Source: Azolla caroliniana | Lineage: Eukaryota > Plantae > Polypodiophyta | NCBI GenBank assembly: GCA_043228905.1 | Contig: JBHGNT010000018.1 | Location: 3,100,001-3,164,000 of the forward strand | DNA: 64,000 nt | Direction: 5' to 3' | In this document: piece by piece, positions 34,801-49,100 of the stretch | Numbering within the stretch: the first letter of the stretch is position 1 | Layout: every line of letters begins with the position of its first letter | Made by a program: the position numbers and the translations under genes | The notes under the pieces: model-generated | Databases searched by the model: none | Told to the model about the DNA's origin: nothing | The model's input: the letters and a program-made list of their open reading frames with translations, nothing else

Positions 34801-37126
34801 GAGCATTCTTCATTCCTTCTTTCAGGGGAATTTGAGGGAGGGAGAGCATACAATTGTAACCCAAATGAGGTTTCCTACATTCCCCATAATCATGTAGTGA
34901 GTTGGTTGGGATTGAACCCAAGTTGATGGAATTAATAAATATGCAATTTATTATCATGGTAGAGAGAGAGAGAGAGAGAGAATGTATTACTATTGCCAAA
35001 GAGGTTATTATGGCCTATGAGACCAAGACCACCACATTTATATGATAACTTGTTCAAGAAATAAAAAAGTGACATATGCCAAATAAAGATAGAAAAGTGA
35101 GACGATACGACTAGTCACGTTGACCAATCCCAAAGTCCCATGAAACAACCCAAAGATAGTGGGTTAAAAAAGAGAAGTAAAAGTTTGCTACTTGTAAGAT
35201 GTGATTATTACGAAGGGTTAAACGGAACAAACTTCCAGGTTTTGAACCTAAAACTCAAGGATAAGAGAATAATGTGTATACATACATGTGTACACATGTA
35301 TTCATATACATACATATGTATGTACATAGATTCTTACCACATACACACACACACACACACACACACTTACATAGATACATGCATACATCCCCATCCATCC
35401 ATCTATCATGGTACAAATCTCAAATTAATGGCACCCTTACCTCCTCTACAATTAATAAGAGTATAGAACAAAACAAATAAAAATTCCTCCTTTTTTACCC
35501 TTGTTATGTCTTTTCACATATTCTTGTCTTCATTTTCTGTGCCTCAATATGAAGGTCGTAAGTTTTAACTCTTCATCACTTACACAATGCGAGACTTATT
35601 TATTATGTTTTTGCATGCTTTGAATTCTTTCTTAATAATGCAAAAGAAGATGATGAAGAAGAAGAAAATATCATTAAAAACACAAATTTATTGAAAATAG
35701 GGAACAAAATCTAATGTGGGGATTCATTGAGAAAAGCAAAATTGCACTTCACAACAATTAAAGATAAGACAAAAAAAAACACAATCAAAGTTTTACATGT
35801 ATGTAATGTGGGAGAAAATTGAAATCCTTATCTTGCACTTTGATTGAAATCTTGTACACGTATATGGATTATGGTACTAGTACTAGTAGCCCCTTGAATG
35901 TGTGTATGCATATGTGGGAGACAAATAGATGTCTAGAAGAAAAGGTTAAAGAGTTTACTACTTTCATTTGAAATGCAAAATATCTATAAAGATACCCGAA
36001 ACAATCCCATGGACATTAGTGGTTCTCTCTACCACTAACAAATACACACACACATACAGAGAGAGGGAAGTAGATGGGGTTATATCAATGGGAAAACACG
36101 TCGCATATGGGCTTCACTCACCAATAAGGTGGTTTGTTTCCTAGAGTGTACTTTGTGTGTTACCCTCCCTAGCTAGATTGATATAAAGTATTATACTACT
36201 CCTTAGGCGTAAGTTAAGGATTCTAAGTCACTACACAAATGAAGAGCTAATCGGATCACGAGTGCTTCCTTGATTATAAAGCCAAATGAAAGATGTTAGA
36301 AAAGTGTGAACAAATATGTCAAGGGATGCTCGAAACTATCTAGTGGACATTAGTTGTTATACCCTTGCATGTGTGAGGCTAGCTTAAATATAATATTGTA
36401 ACTTAAATTAGATAGATACACCCCCCTTGTCATACTAATGAGTGGCTAATCATGAGCATTCTAGATTGATATGCCCAAGTCAAAAAAGGTTGATTGCATT
36501 TGTGAGAACCTAGGCTAGAACAACATAAAATATGCATGTGAAACCAATTGACAAGCCTTGATGGGTCATCAAGGGCTACATATATGTACTACAACTTCAT
36601 GGGTGCTAGACTCTCACATAAGGCTAAAATGGCTTGGCAAAGCAAAGCATTTAATCTAGTTGTTATATCCTTGCAATTACTATGTGTAGGTCTAAATTGT
36701 GGGTAGCCATTGATGAAATAATGTACTAACTAATCAATATATATGAAATATAATGTACTAATCCAAGTACAATTATAATGAACTTGTTATATACATTGGT
36801 TATAAGGGGAGGCACTCCTCCCTTGTGAGTAACCCTCTATTGTTTTGATCTCATTGGCCACATTTGAATCTTTAGAAACCTTAAATTTACACTCCTTCTA
36901 TATGGGTGTATTGTATATGAGTACCCTCAAGTTAGTGTAAACTGCTTTCAGCAACTTCCTAAGAATGATAGGTTCACACACTATATGAAAATCGAAAGGA
37001 TGAAGCTCATAACACCAACGTGTAAAGAAAAGAAAAAAAATTGATTAGATTATAATGTTTCAAAAAAACATGATGATATATGGTTTTACAAAGGGTTCGA
37101 TGCATAATGGAATTTCTTCGAGGATT

Positions 37127-38316
37127 TCAAGGATTATATATTAGGTTCCCACACTTGCATTTCCATCCCTCGGGTTGATAGTTGGAGTAGTCGAGATGGA
37201 CATGGGGAACATATTCCATTCGATAAGAAGTTTTATCTAGATCGGTATCAACATTGTCCGACATTAATGTTGTTGAAGGTGATGATCTCTTGCTAATATA
37301 GTTTGATGGTGTTGATGATGATCTTTTGTTCGAACCCGATGATGAAGACAATGGGTTGTCCGAGAAAGGTGTAGGGACTTGGATGGCTATACATGGGTTG
37401 CAAGCATTGCACTTGTTGCCACACATGGGTGGCCTTGACCCCATTCTCTTCTCAATTTGCACTAGCTTCTTCTTCTTCATGATCCTATCACCAATGGCAG
37501 CATGCAGCCAATGTATTCTTGATTCATGATGATGATGATGATGAGGATGAGGATGAGGATGAGGATGTGTGTGATGACCTAGTAGCATTTTCCTTCCAGG
37601 CAATATTGTAAGACTTGATGATGATAGATTTGATGTTGCCTTTGATTTCATCTGCTTTAATGCATACAAAAACATACATACCTATAGCATCAAATTTCAC
37701 ATGAACTACTTTTTGAATATTTGTCATGAGTAGGAGAGTTACTCCCCACAAATGAAGAGAAATCAGTTCAAAAGCCTATATAGAATACCGTAATGAGCTT
37801 GAACCTAGTGGTAGTGGTGGTGGTGGTAGTAGTAGTAGTAGCTTGGAGCACCACCATTGTTGTTGGTCGATCATCTTGAGTCTCATTATAGTGAGTATAG
37901 TTGTTACCTGCTATGAATAAGAAGAAGAAGAAGAAGAAATGAAGAGCAAAAAGTAGTTAAGTCTACAATACTGAGTAAAATGGAGAAATTACAAAAGAAA
38001 TATGTATGCACTACCCAAAATTTGATCCCATTAGAAAAAAGTCCATTGTATATACATATGAAATATATGAGTCACCTGCATGAGTTGCTAGACTCGCATG
38101 TTGTTGTTGGTGGTGATAAATATATTGATTGTGATGAAGAGGCCCCATAGGGGTAGCCAATACAAGGGCTTGAACTCGCGCCATTACGAGAGGACGAGGC
38201 CGGACTTGGTGATAGGATGTGGAGGGGTAATTAGAAGGAGGGGGAGGAGATTGATCAACTAATTGTAGATATATAATGAGCAAGAAGATGTGGGTGATCA
38301 TCATTAATGTCGGCAT
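37127..38316 (-). CDS. EPIDERMAL PATTERNING FACTOR-like (EPFL1/2-type) cysteine-rich peptide precursor, 3 exons
   Basis: Mature domain GSRPPMCGNKCNACNPCIAIQVPT...SNYQPEGWKCKCGNLIYNP* has the 6-Cys EPFL pattern. Predicted exons 38316-38076 (hydrophobic start MPTLMMITHIFLLIIYLQLV), 37907-37789 and 37651-37127, with GT-AG sites and compatible phases; about 294 aa. Exons 1-2 are less certain than exon 3. Confidence 0.88.
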
Positions 38317-38546
38317 GGTGGTGGTTGTGACAATGTATGTGAACACTCATGCCAATACAAATGCTACTAATGCTAACTTAACTAAACCCCCTCCTTCTCT
38401 CTCTATATCCTACAACACACACACATTCACAAGGTCTTCTATTCATAGCCCACTAATGGATTCTCCCTCTATCACTTCCTTTAAAGAATAAACAAGAAAA
38501 AAAGAAAAACCAAGGCACATAGGTATTAAGTTTAACTCATGTCAAG

Positions 38547-38548
<2 letters not shown>

Positions 38549-38592
<44 letters not shown>

Positions 38593-38619
38593 AGAAGAAG
38601 ACCCCCCCCCCCCCCCCCC
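38549..38619. repeat. (GA)n microsatellite plus poly-C tract in the EPFL 5' region
   Basis: About 20 GA units followed by a long C run. Confidence 0.9.
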
Positions 38620-41600
38620 TTCCTTTTAAAGTGAAGGAAGCATATAAGCTCACTTAGCTTTCCGATATCCTAACATGTGCGCCTATCTTCTTTTATCTCT
38701 CTTCATATTTAGTCGGGCTTTTTACTAATGTACATTCATTGGCTACCAAAAAATGTCGGTAAAACCTTTGTCGAAAGAAGGTCATAAGGGAAAGAGCATA
38801 CACATATGTTGATGTAGACAGAAAAGTCTCGCTTTCTGGCAAAACTATATGTTGGGTGATCGAAGAAGCAATAGTAAATGTTTCTCCTACTACTTTGGTA
38901 TCCGACGACTCCATGAAGTTGTAGCTGCATGATAAACCTTTTGACTAAAATGTTGTTATTTGTATTAGATGTTTCACAAATTGGTAATGAGAGAACATGT
39001 AATGTGTGAAACTATGATGTACATCACTAAATGGTCTCGTTCCACATGGTAATGCTCTATTTTAAGTGATGCAAATTTATCTTAAAAAACCATGACTTAT
39101 GTGAAAAGAGTCGAAGTTTCAACTATTTGGCCAAAAATATATTTTGTTTTACTACATAATTCAAAAAGGAACTATTTTTGACGCACCTCACAATATAAAT
39201 GCTCCTTGGGATGCATGTACATGGGTTGTGAGACTCCTTTGGAATTCACCTACAAACATTCGTGAACACTTCATATAAACATATTAGAAAAAGGGAGGGA
39301 CCACTTTTCCATAAGGATGACCGTCAATAACTCTTTACCCTATACGTGTATTCATGAAATCAATCAAGAGGGTATTAATGAGTGGTAATTATGTATGAGC
39401 CATAAGGTCTTTTGTACCTATGATTGGCTTGCCCATACCTTCGAGGGTCTTGACTCTTGATCAACCAATGCCCATCTTTGCATGTTATTTTGTTATGGTC
39501 AAGCAATAAAAACAGTGGATGTCTTCAAAAGCTAGCATATGTTCTTCTAATGTGGTGAAAAGTCATCATAATAAAAACACTTGGAATTAGTTTTGCTTCT
39601 ATATGGAGGAGTTGATTGATCAAATCACATAATGTGAATGTTCTAGATTCCAAAAGTTCCAGAATGACCCCAACATATTTCAACAATGATTGGTTGATCT
39701 AGGTGGGTGTCAATCAGCTACCAACAAGAAGTTTAGCATGGTTTTTTCCATGTCTTCAATCATAGAGCTCAAGTTACACATCGATGGAAATTTAATGTCA
39801 CTACTATGTAAATTAGACAAAGGCACTCCTAAAGAATGCTAGATCTAGGAATTATGAGAGTGTGTGCACAAGCATGTGAGGTAATAGTATATGCCTTAGA
39901 AGTTAGGATTTTGGAGGGTAATCGAGAAGGTCACTCATAAACATGTAACTATAGCACGAAAGTTCAATAGTTTTGAGCCTTATAGGGTTATTTTTTACAC
40001 ATTATTTGTCATATATAAGAGTATAATTTGGTTAGATATACACAAATCGAGAATAAATGATTCCCCCAATCCAAAATGGAGGATGTGGAAATGTGAACTT
40101 ATAAAGCATGGCCATTGAGGTCATTATGGGCTCCACAAGATTCTGGTAAAGTATCCAATTATATCACATAATGCTCATTGTATGTAAGGAAATGTAAATT
40201 ACTCATGTGTGGATACGAAAGAACCAACATTAGCATTTTTGTGTTTTAGTGCTAGCTTGTTTCCATAGTAAGTTGTTAAGATTTGAGCATTGGAGTGTTC
40301 CTTTGTTGTAAAAGAAATTTATTAACACATGGACAAGTTAGAAATGGTGATGAACATGTTTGTCCTACATAGTTGGTCATAGTAAGGAATGATGAGGTCA
40401 CTTTACCATATACATATTATGAATTCAAGGGCACAAAACTGAGGAGTTCCAGTTCTTGGATGAAAAACATTGGTTTATTGTTAAGGAAGTGCATTTCAAT
40501 TAATGATTGACATTAAGAAATAAGTAATGAATAAATTTCAAGAAACTTCCATCAAAATCACCAAAATAAAAACTTTTAACAAAATCATTAATTTTTCATG
40601 AAATGTTTTAAGTAGCGTGCACGTATTCTATACAATGAGTTATCATAGAAGATCATTTACATTCTTTTTAGCATTCAACATGGTTATTAAGACATCATTA
40701 ACGCAAGTCTACATTTTCAATTCTTGAACGAAGACAAAAGGCAATGTACATTGAAGATCTTGACCATAACGTAAAGCCTTTCATGTACTCTAGTGACAAG
40801 GAAAATATAAAGGGCATAACTACATGTCTCTCATATTCTTGTTGCAAGAGGACAAGTGAGTAACTAAGTTTACAAGGAAGAGGCATAATAACCACACATC
40901 TACCATATGTATTGTTGTTGGAAGATTCCAAACGAGGTCAATATCGTAAAACTACAAATGGGTAGGATATGGTACAAAAGGGGGTTCAGATTTTGACTAG
41001 TGAAATGTGATATGTAAGCTACAAATGACGTTACTAGGAGTGTAGGTTGTAGACACGATGTGATAAGCATAATGCAACTTGCTCCACAAATCTAGGGCCT
41101 CATGATCTTCCTTGTTTCTCTACAAATGCAACTCCATAAATAAACAAAAATTGTACATAAATATGCGTGTTTGTTTGCGTAGTCTAAGCTCAAATATGTT
41201 AATGGTGTTTTTGTCGCACTATGTATAAATAGTTAGCAGCGAGAAATGTCAATCTATGTGAGTGTGTCATACGGCACATGTTTTCCGACATGTACGAATG
41301 AATGTGCATATTTATGCATGAACGCATTTATGTGTGTGTGTGTGTGTGTGTTCATACATGTATCCATATGTATGTGCATATGCGTGGATGTATGTATGCA
41401 CATGGATGTGTGTATGCGCGTGTGTACATACGTACGTACGTATGTATGTATCTAACCTAGGGCTAATTTAAAGTATAAATTCTCCCATTTTTTCATAAAC
41501 ACAAGTTTAAGATATATATATATATATACAAGCTATCTTAACCGAAATTGAATTTAAAATAAAATATAAATAAATTTCTATGTCTATAAACAATAAAAAA

Positions 41601-43392
41601 GTTCGAGTTTTATGCAAGAAACACAAATACTTTTTCATGTTTATAAAAGGGTTGAGATTTTACAATGTCTTATTTTAATTTTTAATATATATATTTTTCC
41701 TAACACAAAAGTACATTTTAGAGTGCCATGATGTAGGTTAGATGTGTAGTGTTACCAAAGACAATCACGATCATGGTCAAGGGACAAAACTGTCTTTGAC
41801 CATTGATAAGATCCTAGAGATGGTTGGATTTGATATGCCCTCTTAGGTTGGGTTCACGCATGTTGTTTGCAACAACAATTCAATAATAACGATAATAACA
41901 ATGTTGAATATATATTAATGTGAAGTCAAACCACTTGGATAAACGTGGCCGATGCTGCCAACATCGGAAGGCTTCCTCTAGGTCCCAACATTCTCACTTC
42001 TATTGCACTAGATGTGCATAAGTTTAAAGAATCCATGTGACTGTCCTGATAGTGTGAAGTGAACTTCTTCTTCGTCTTCTTCTTTCTTCAAAGATTTTCT
42101 TCAATAGTATTAAGAAAAACGCGTGAAGGCTACAACTTGAACTTGTCTGCCCAGAAGCTTACAACTTTTTTATGTACAATGGTGTACAATAATCCTAAGA
42201 CCAAAGATAGGACTTTGTAGATGGTGTTGTAATTTGTTGCTATACACTGCCATGATTTACTGATATTCAAGAAAGGGTCCATGGAAGTCGATAGTGCCAT
42301 TCAGGCCCTTGAAGCCCTTGAGTTGACTCTGTAAATAGGGGCAACTTTTGCCAGAAGTGAAGAAGCCTATTCCTTCTCTTGTTCACAGTCTCTGGGGAGC
42401 CATGCATATTGTCATACTGGCCACGGACTACTAGCAACAAGTTCTCCCATATCTCAAGTAAGACATTTGAGAGATGAAGATTTGCCACATCATAAAGTCG
42501 GTTACATCGACATTTCCATAATGCCCATAAAGTTACCATAGTCACTGTTTTCCAAACTTGGACAGATCACACATGCTTTCGAGGTTGCTGAAAGGGGATA
42601 ACTAATATTAATCTTCTATTATGTACCATCATTGCCTCCAACTGGAATGTAACACTCCCCACATCGTTGATCCCCATGAAAATAGGCAGTTGACATTGAT
42701 TGTTAAGAATAACGAAAGGACTTTATTCCATACTAGTTGAGCCAAAGGACAAGACCAGAGGACATACTTGGCAATCTATTGAGCTTCGTTGAAAAAGCCA
42801 CATTGTTGAAGATTGGGTGCTACATTCCCTTTTTCAATGAATGACCAACTAGTAATGCCATATGCACTAATAACCATCTAAAGAGAATAAATTTAGTTGT
42901 CCCCTTAAATGACCAAATCCATCTCCAATAGTTTTTCAAATGCAAAGTTGAGACACCCCAAGTGGTCCAATGTTTCTGAGCTGCTGATATCGTTACATTC
43001 TGAGAGAGTAGTAATGATCTTCCAAGTTTTATTGAGTACTGAAAGAAGGGGACCTTTATGATTTGTTCCCCTAAGGAATGTGACCAAAACCAACCCCTCA
43101 GATCCCATGTTAATCTTGCAATAGGGTCTTTTGCGTACAACCACAACATATCACACATATGAGCAATTGAAGGATAAGGATCAAGCATCCATTTCTTTCC
43201 TATTGTAGCAACCACTCTGACTGGTGCACTTTGCAAATGTTGTAGATAACTGCAATCAAAGGTATAAGGTTGCAATCTATGGTGGTCTAGGACCTGAAAA
43301 TAAGAAGCACACTTGTTAGGTGAAACACCCTTGACAACCATCAATGTGTCATTTATGAAGCATCCAAAGCACAGATGTTCCTGCTTGGGTTG

Positions 43393-44925
43393 TGTGAGGG
43401 ACACACCAAGCACGGACTAGGACGGAGCACCGATGATGGGGCTACAGGCGACGAATGAACTTGGAGCTAGATGTGACGAGGCTAGGAGCTCTAGATGTTG
43501 TGAGCGACATGAGGGCATGAAGACAGAAATAAAGATCAAGGAGACAAAGATGAGGCGAAACGAGAATACTAGATTGATGTGTCAATGACTAGTGTTGAAT
43601 CCCTTGAAAGGGACCAAGGAGGTTACAAGTATTTATACATGTTCCGAGATTTAATATCTCTAGAATATTCTCGTCTAGAATATGCCATACAATATTTTTA
43701 GAATATACAACTGACCAGGATATTCTGATTCTGAAATGTATTATATGCTAGACTATAGAATACTAAAGATTTGTATAATATACAAATGCATGCTCATATG
43801 AAGATGGTTGAGCATGACATCTTGTAGCTATGAGGTTGCAAGTTCAATCCTCATTAACTACGTATTTGATATCGTTGTGCCATGACACCAACGGACATGA
43901 GAGTCCATGTCGGTCCTCGCCGAGAGTTGGAACACGACCACCATCGGGCGTGAGTAACCATGCAGCCCTCACCGAGAACTGGAACACGAATGAACGTGAG
44001 TGAGCATGCAGCCCTCACCGAGAACCGTAACAACAATGGGCGAATGAGTGCACAAACGGTAGGGCTAGTGAGAAACCCACACGATCCCCACCAGGAAAGT
44101 GAGCGGTTGTGACCCCCACCGAAACTAGAAGGTGAGCGATTGAAATCGGTCCTCGCCAACAGAAAGTGGCGTGAGATTTGAACTATAACGAAAATGCAAT
44201 GCAAGCGAGCAATGATCCAACCCCCACCAGAACTGGGAAGGTGAGCGATCGAAAGGAGTCCTCACCAAAACCGTGATGCAAAATGATAGCTAAAAATGAT
44301 GACAAGTAGTGTTGAAAATGATGACGTCGAAGACAAGGATGTTGATAGCGGTAACTCCGGAAGCAAGGAAGGTGATTATGGTAACTCTAGAACCAAAGGT
44401 GATGACAAAGACGGGTGGTGCTCCCAGTTGGAAGGTATTCAAACTGTCATGGACACACCAAGCACGGACTAGGACGGAACACAGATGGTGGGGCTATGAG
44501 TGTCGGATGAACTTGGAGCTAGATGTGACGAGGCTAGGAACTCTAGATGTTGTGAGATGAGGGCATGAAGATAGAAACAAAGATCAAGGAGACAAAGATG
44601 AGGTGAAACAAGAATACTAGATTGATGTGTCAATGACTGGTTTTGAATCCCTTGAAAGGGACCAAGGAGGTTACAAGTATTTATACATGTTCCGAGATTG
44701 AATATACTCGAGAAATATCTCTAGTATATCGTGCAATATCTCCAGAATATATTAACAACTAGAATATTCTGATTCTGAAATGTATTATACACTAGACTAT
44801 AGAATATTGCACAATTATATACAAATGTATGGTCATGTCAAAGTGGTTGAGTGTGACATCTCGTTGATGTGAGGTTGCAGGTTCAATCCTCATCACCTAT
44901 ATATTTGATGTCATTGTGTCGATAA
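43393..44925. mobile_element. Non-coding element with ~490-bp terminal direct repeats (TRIM/LARD-like) inserted in the LINE
   Basis: Repeats at about 43393-43887 and 44445-44925, with TGTCATGG start and CCATGACA end. The ~560-bp interior has short internal repeats. No clear PBS, PPT or TSD was seen. Confidence 0.6.
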
Positions 44926-45640
44926 TGTCATTGTAGAAAACAAAGAATATGCTTCTGATATGCTAGTAGTCATTATCTTGGCACCATGAACAGATTGTAA
45001 ATGTGAAAGGCGATCTTCTTGTGGCATTTGCTAAAATTGAGTCCAAGTTCTTACAGATGCAGCTGGCCTATTATCCAATTTGCAAGGCGAGTTCTCAGGC
45101 TCAACACTTTTCCTACATTATCCCAAAATAGAGAATTGGCAAGAAGAGGTTGATTGCTAAAATTGAGTCCAAGTTCTTACAGATGCAGCTGGCCCATTAT
45201 CCAATTTACCCCAGGTAAGGTGAGTTCTCAGGCTCAACACTTTTCATACATTATCCCAAAATAGAGAATTGCCAAGAAGAGGATGAGTAAGTATTGCACC
45301 CCACGTAGAAGGCTTGTCCTTAAGCAAGAAGGACTTAATCACATCCCGTGCCCTTAGGATTCCTAGCAAAAATCTATTGGATGCAAGATCTCGCCTTGGC
45401 GTTTGCACATCATTCAAGAAAAACCACTTTAAAGAGGGTGATCAAACTCCTCCCGTCTTAGGACTTAACCGCATTAACTGATTTAAAAATATATATTCCT
45501 TTCCAAGCTTCTGATCTTGGCACCAATCCTCTTATCACAAACTTAGTCAAGAGGGCTCTTGACTGCATCAAAGGATCTATCAAACCCAACCCCCCATTTC
45601 TTTTAGATTGAATCAACACATTCCAAGCAACTTTGGCTAT

Positions 45641-46102
45641 TGTTGGAGATCCCTGTCTCCCCCCCCCATCCCCTCAAGGAAATTGTTGGGAATTCGGTCC
45701 CTCCGGGTGAGCCTATTGAGGCTATATTTGTAAATAGCCCAAAAGTCATATAAGCATAAATATGACTTAGGGCAATCACTTTATTGTTTTTTTTGTCATA
45801 AGTTGTAGTGGTTGTATCACCGTTGTACACAGAATGTGAGAGAGAGAGAGAGAGAGATAATTAGTTTCTGTTGTAACCGCCGGTTGGCGAAGACATAGAG
45901 CTCGAGGCCATTGCCTTTGAGTCTCTTGTTGTACCTCCTTCCTCATATAGTGATAGTTGGAGCTTGAGGGCTCCCGTGGTTTTTTACTTGTTAGGGTTTT
46001 CCACGTAAACATCATGTGTCGTCTCTTAGGTGTAAGTGTACGAACCTCCATTTCTATTTTTTGCTCTTTCATAAAGTGTTTCAGTCTCGGTTGTGGCCAA
46101 GC
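45641..46102 (+). mobile_element. Solo LTR (copia-like) inserted in the LINE
   Basis: Starts TGTTGG and ends in degenerate CCAAGC; 5-bp TSD GCTAT on both sides; contains AGGGTTTTCCACGTAAA; the LINE reading frame rejoins across it. Confidence 0.7.
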
Positions 46103-49100
46103 GCTATTCCTCACAGAAATTACAGATCAAGCTTTGCACTTTCATTATTGCAAATCTAGACAATAGCCAAATAGATGCTATAAACCACATTGAAGCCAAC
46201 AATATTGAGTTTGCTACTACAACCTGACCTACAAAGGACAATTGTTGGGCATCCTAATATAGTAGTTTACGTTTTATTGATAATAGTAACGGAGATATCA
46301 TTGTTTTTGGCGTCAAATCTATACCAACCATACATCCCAAATATCGAACTGGTTCACCATGGTGAAGCCATCGGAGAGAAGGACTTGGATACCACTAACA
46401 TAGAGGGTCGTGTCATCTACAAATTCAACATCCAATATAGTAGATTATGTAATAGGTAATACTATGCCTTTTATACCAATTGAAAATGATCTTAGGTAGG
46501 AGGATAAAGTTTCCCCAAACAAGATAAAAAGAAAAGGGGCAATAGGGCATCCTTGCCTAACAGATCTGGAGATAGGAAATAGTGGCCCATATCCTCCATT
46601 GAACAAAACTAAACTAGAAGCATGCTTGTATAGGGCGGAAATACCTTTTATCCATGCATGTTAACATGTGAACTTCATGTTAACAAGTGCCAATAATTTT
46701 TTTATTGTGGTCCATAGAGTTTGTGGTTGTGCACTTAATACATGAGATGAACACAGTCGTTATGATTAATAAGGCTACATATGAAAGACAAGCTTAGTTC
46801 AAAGAATTAAGGTGGCACACTTTAACACCTAGCCACATCTTTATTTTCTCATTTAGGAATGCATAAACTTGCATCTCTATAATAGAATCTTTGTACTCAC
46901 AATTCCATTGTAATTATACTCAGACCACATTGACCCTTTTTCAAATCCTCAATCATTGATCAAAAATGTTTCTAGAGGGAAAACTTGACAAATGAATTAA
47001 TATGCATAGTGGAAGTTCAAGATTGAGAATCGAGATCACAAGGAATAGGTACAAAAGTTGGAGAAACAGACATACCATCTGAATGCCATAGACCCCCCCA
47101 TCATGACCGATTTGATGTATATATACAACCAAACATATTTGAATAAGGCAAATGTAAATGAGCCACTAGAATTCTGCAAGCATTCGAACACCATGGCTGG
47201 ATCAACAAAGTTAATAGAAAGTTTAGATCCAAAGAATATCACTATTTGATCATTCCCAACGTAAGTGTAAATGTAGACATGGTGAAGGTGGAATGTGGAT
47301 GTCATCATCATATACAATTGTAGATCATTATTTTAGAATACAAATTATATGATTACTTAATCATTCCCAATGTATAAGTGTACATGTTGACACGGTGAAG
47401 GTGGAATGTGGATGTTATCATCATGTACATTTGTCGACCATTGTTGTAGAATACTTAACATATAATGTGCGTAGAGCATGTATGCTAACTATTCAAAAAG
47501 TTTTCTACCTTTTTATAAAATACTTAGAATACGTATTTTACAAATAAAATACGTTAAATACGTGTAAAATACGTTAAAAAATATTTAAAACTTTTTGGAA
47601 CGTTAAATACTTGTTAGATACGTGAATGTTATAAAATGACAGTTCTAAAACATAGAATACATGTAGAATAGTTTAGAGTATTCTAAAACGTATTCTAAAC
47701 ATAGAATACATGTTTTTTAACAACTATGATTGTGAGGGGTATGGTTGGTTCAATGTTGAGGCTTACTCTAGAAAGTAGTTGACACTAAAATGTATTGATG
47801 CACTACCACCAACATTTGACGTTATGGTCACAAAAATCATTTCTTCGTAACAAAATCCCCTACTTTCCTTTGAGAAGTTTTAGAAATTAGTTCAAGAGGA
47901 AAAGTTGTGGAGGGGAATTGGGAAATTAGTCAAGTACAAAGACAATATTGTCCACGAAAACGGACATAAAGCTAAAGAAATATGTCAAGAGAAAGTCTCA
48001 TAAGCATGCATGTAAAGATTAGGGAACTAGATAGGTATTCTTCACATAGAGAAAATAGATTGATAGATATGTGTGTGTTATACATGTGAGGAAGAGAGAG
48101 GCAATAATACCAAGCCAACAATTTGTATTAACTCATAAATGCAATATTACAATGATAAGAACATTCCTAATCAACAACTTTATACAAAACTTGATAGGGG
48201 ATTGGTTACTACATAGATTCTATGTAAGTACATACAAAGTTAGGATCAATTTAGTAATGATGTGAGAATGAATGGGATATCTAAAGTATCAACTTCATCC
48301 ATGCAAAGACATCTCCTATTCCTTAAGTCATTGCTAGACTTTAACAAAAATACACAAGAGAGATGTGTGGTTGATATTTCAAAGAAAGGAGTGCAAAAGT
48401 TGTTGGTTCAAGCTAAGGAAATAACGCTTCCTGCATTAGGTTGAGGAAGAATTAACTAAGTTGTGGCTAGTGGAGAGCACAAATGATGTGAAGTTTATAG
48501 CCTTTTGGCAGACTGTTGAAGCGTAGAGTCATCAAAGAACTCCTTGGTTAATTGAACAAGTTTACACGTGGCTAGTCAAAAGCGTTGGTTTATCCAAAGC
48601 TTGACAAAACACTAAATGTATGGTCAAAACATTGGGCAACCAAGGGAAGCATATCAATATATGTATAGCCCAAGCAAGTGTAAACAAATCCTTCACGTAT
48701 AAGCTTTTGGTACCTCAAAACCAATGGATCTTTTGGTTGGTTGATGGTAGATGGGAAGTACTCTTCACATTGGGATTGAAATCCATATCAACATGGGAGA
48801 GGTAATTGAGTCAATAGAGAAAGGGAAACTATTTAAGCTAAATACATAAGTCTAGACACGTGCAACTAGACATTTGTTCAAGCTTAGTAATTTAGATACT
48901 AAGTTATGAAATCAAAGCTTAAGGCATTTTAAATATAATGTGGAAGATGCAAACAAAAGAGCTCATGCACAAGTTGCTCTATTTGGCTTTAGTGTAATGT
49001 ATGCTTGATGAGCGAGTAGCATCAAAAGTCATTTTCACTCATGGTAACTGAGAATTGAGCAACATCTCCCCTTGAATAAGTCCACATAGACATCTACAAA

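Larger units (their letters stand above)
42075..46660 (-). mobile_element. Degenerate L1-type LINE interrupted by two insertions
   Basis: Minus strand reads RQGCPIAPF (RT, about 46550), LSFVGQVVVANSILLASMWF, AKVAWNVLI...GGLGLIDP, WRWIWS...FILFRWLL and TLWALWKCRC; colinear with the LINE at 26113-28130. Ends are approximate. Confidence 0.8.

Noticed and set aside
33700-41000. Scattered hints of very old copia-like sequence around the EPFL gene (similar hints at 48000-50160)
   Set aside because: Too degraded to assign boundaries or family without a search.
47440-47730. AT-rich AATACG-repeat block, possible MITE
   Set aside because: Matching TIRs and a TSD could not be identified.
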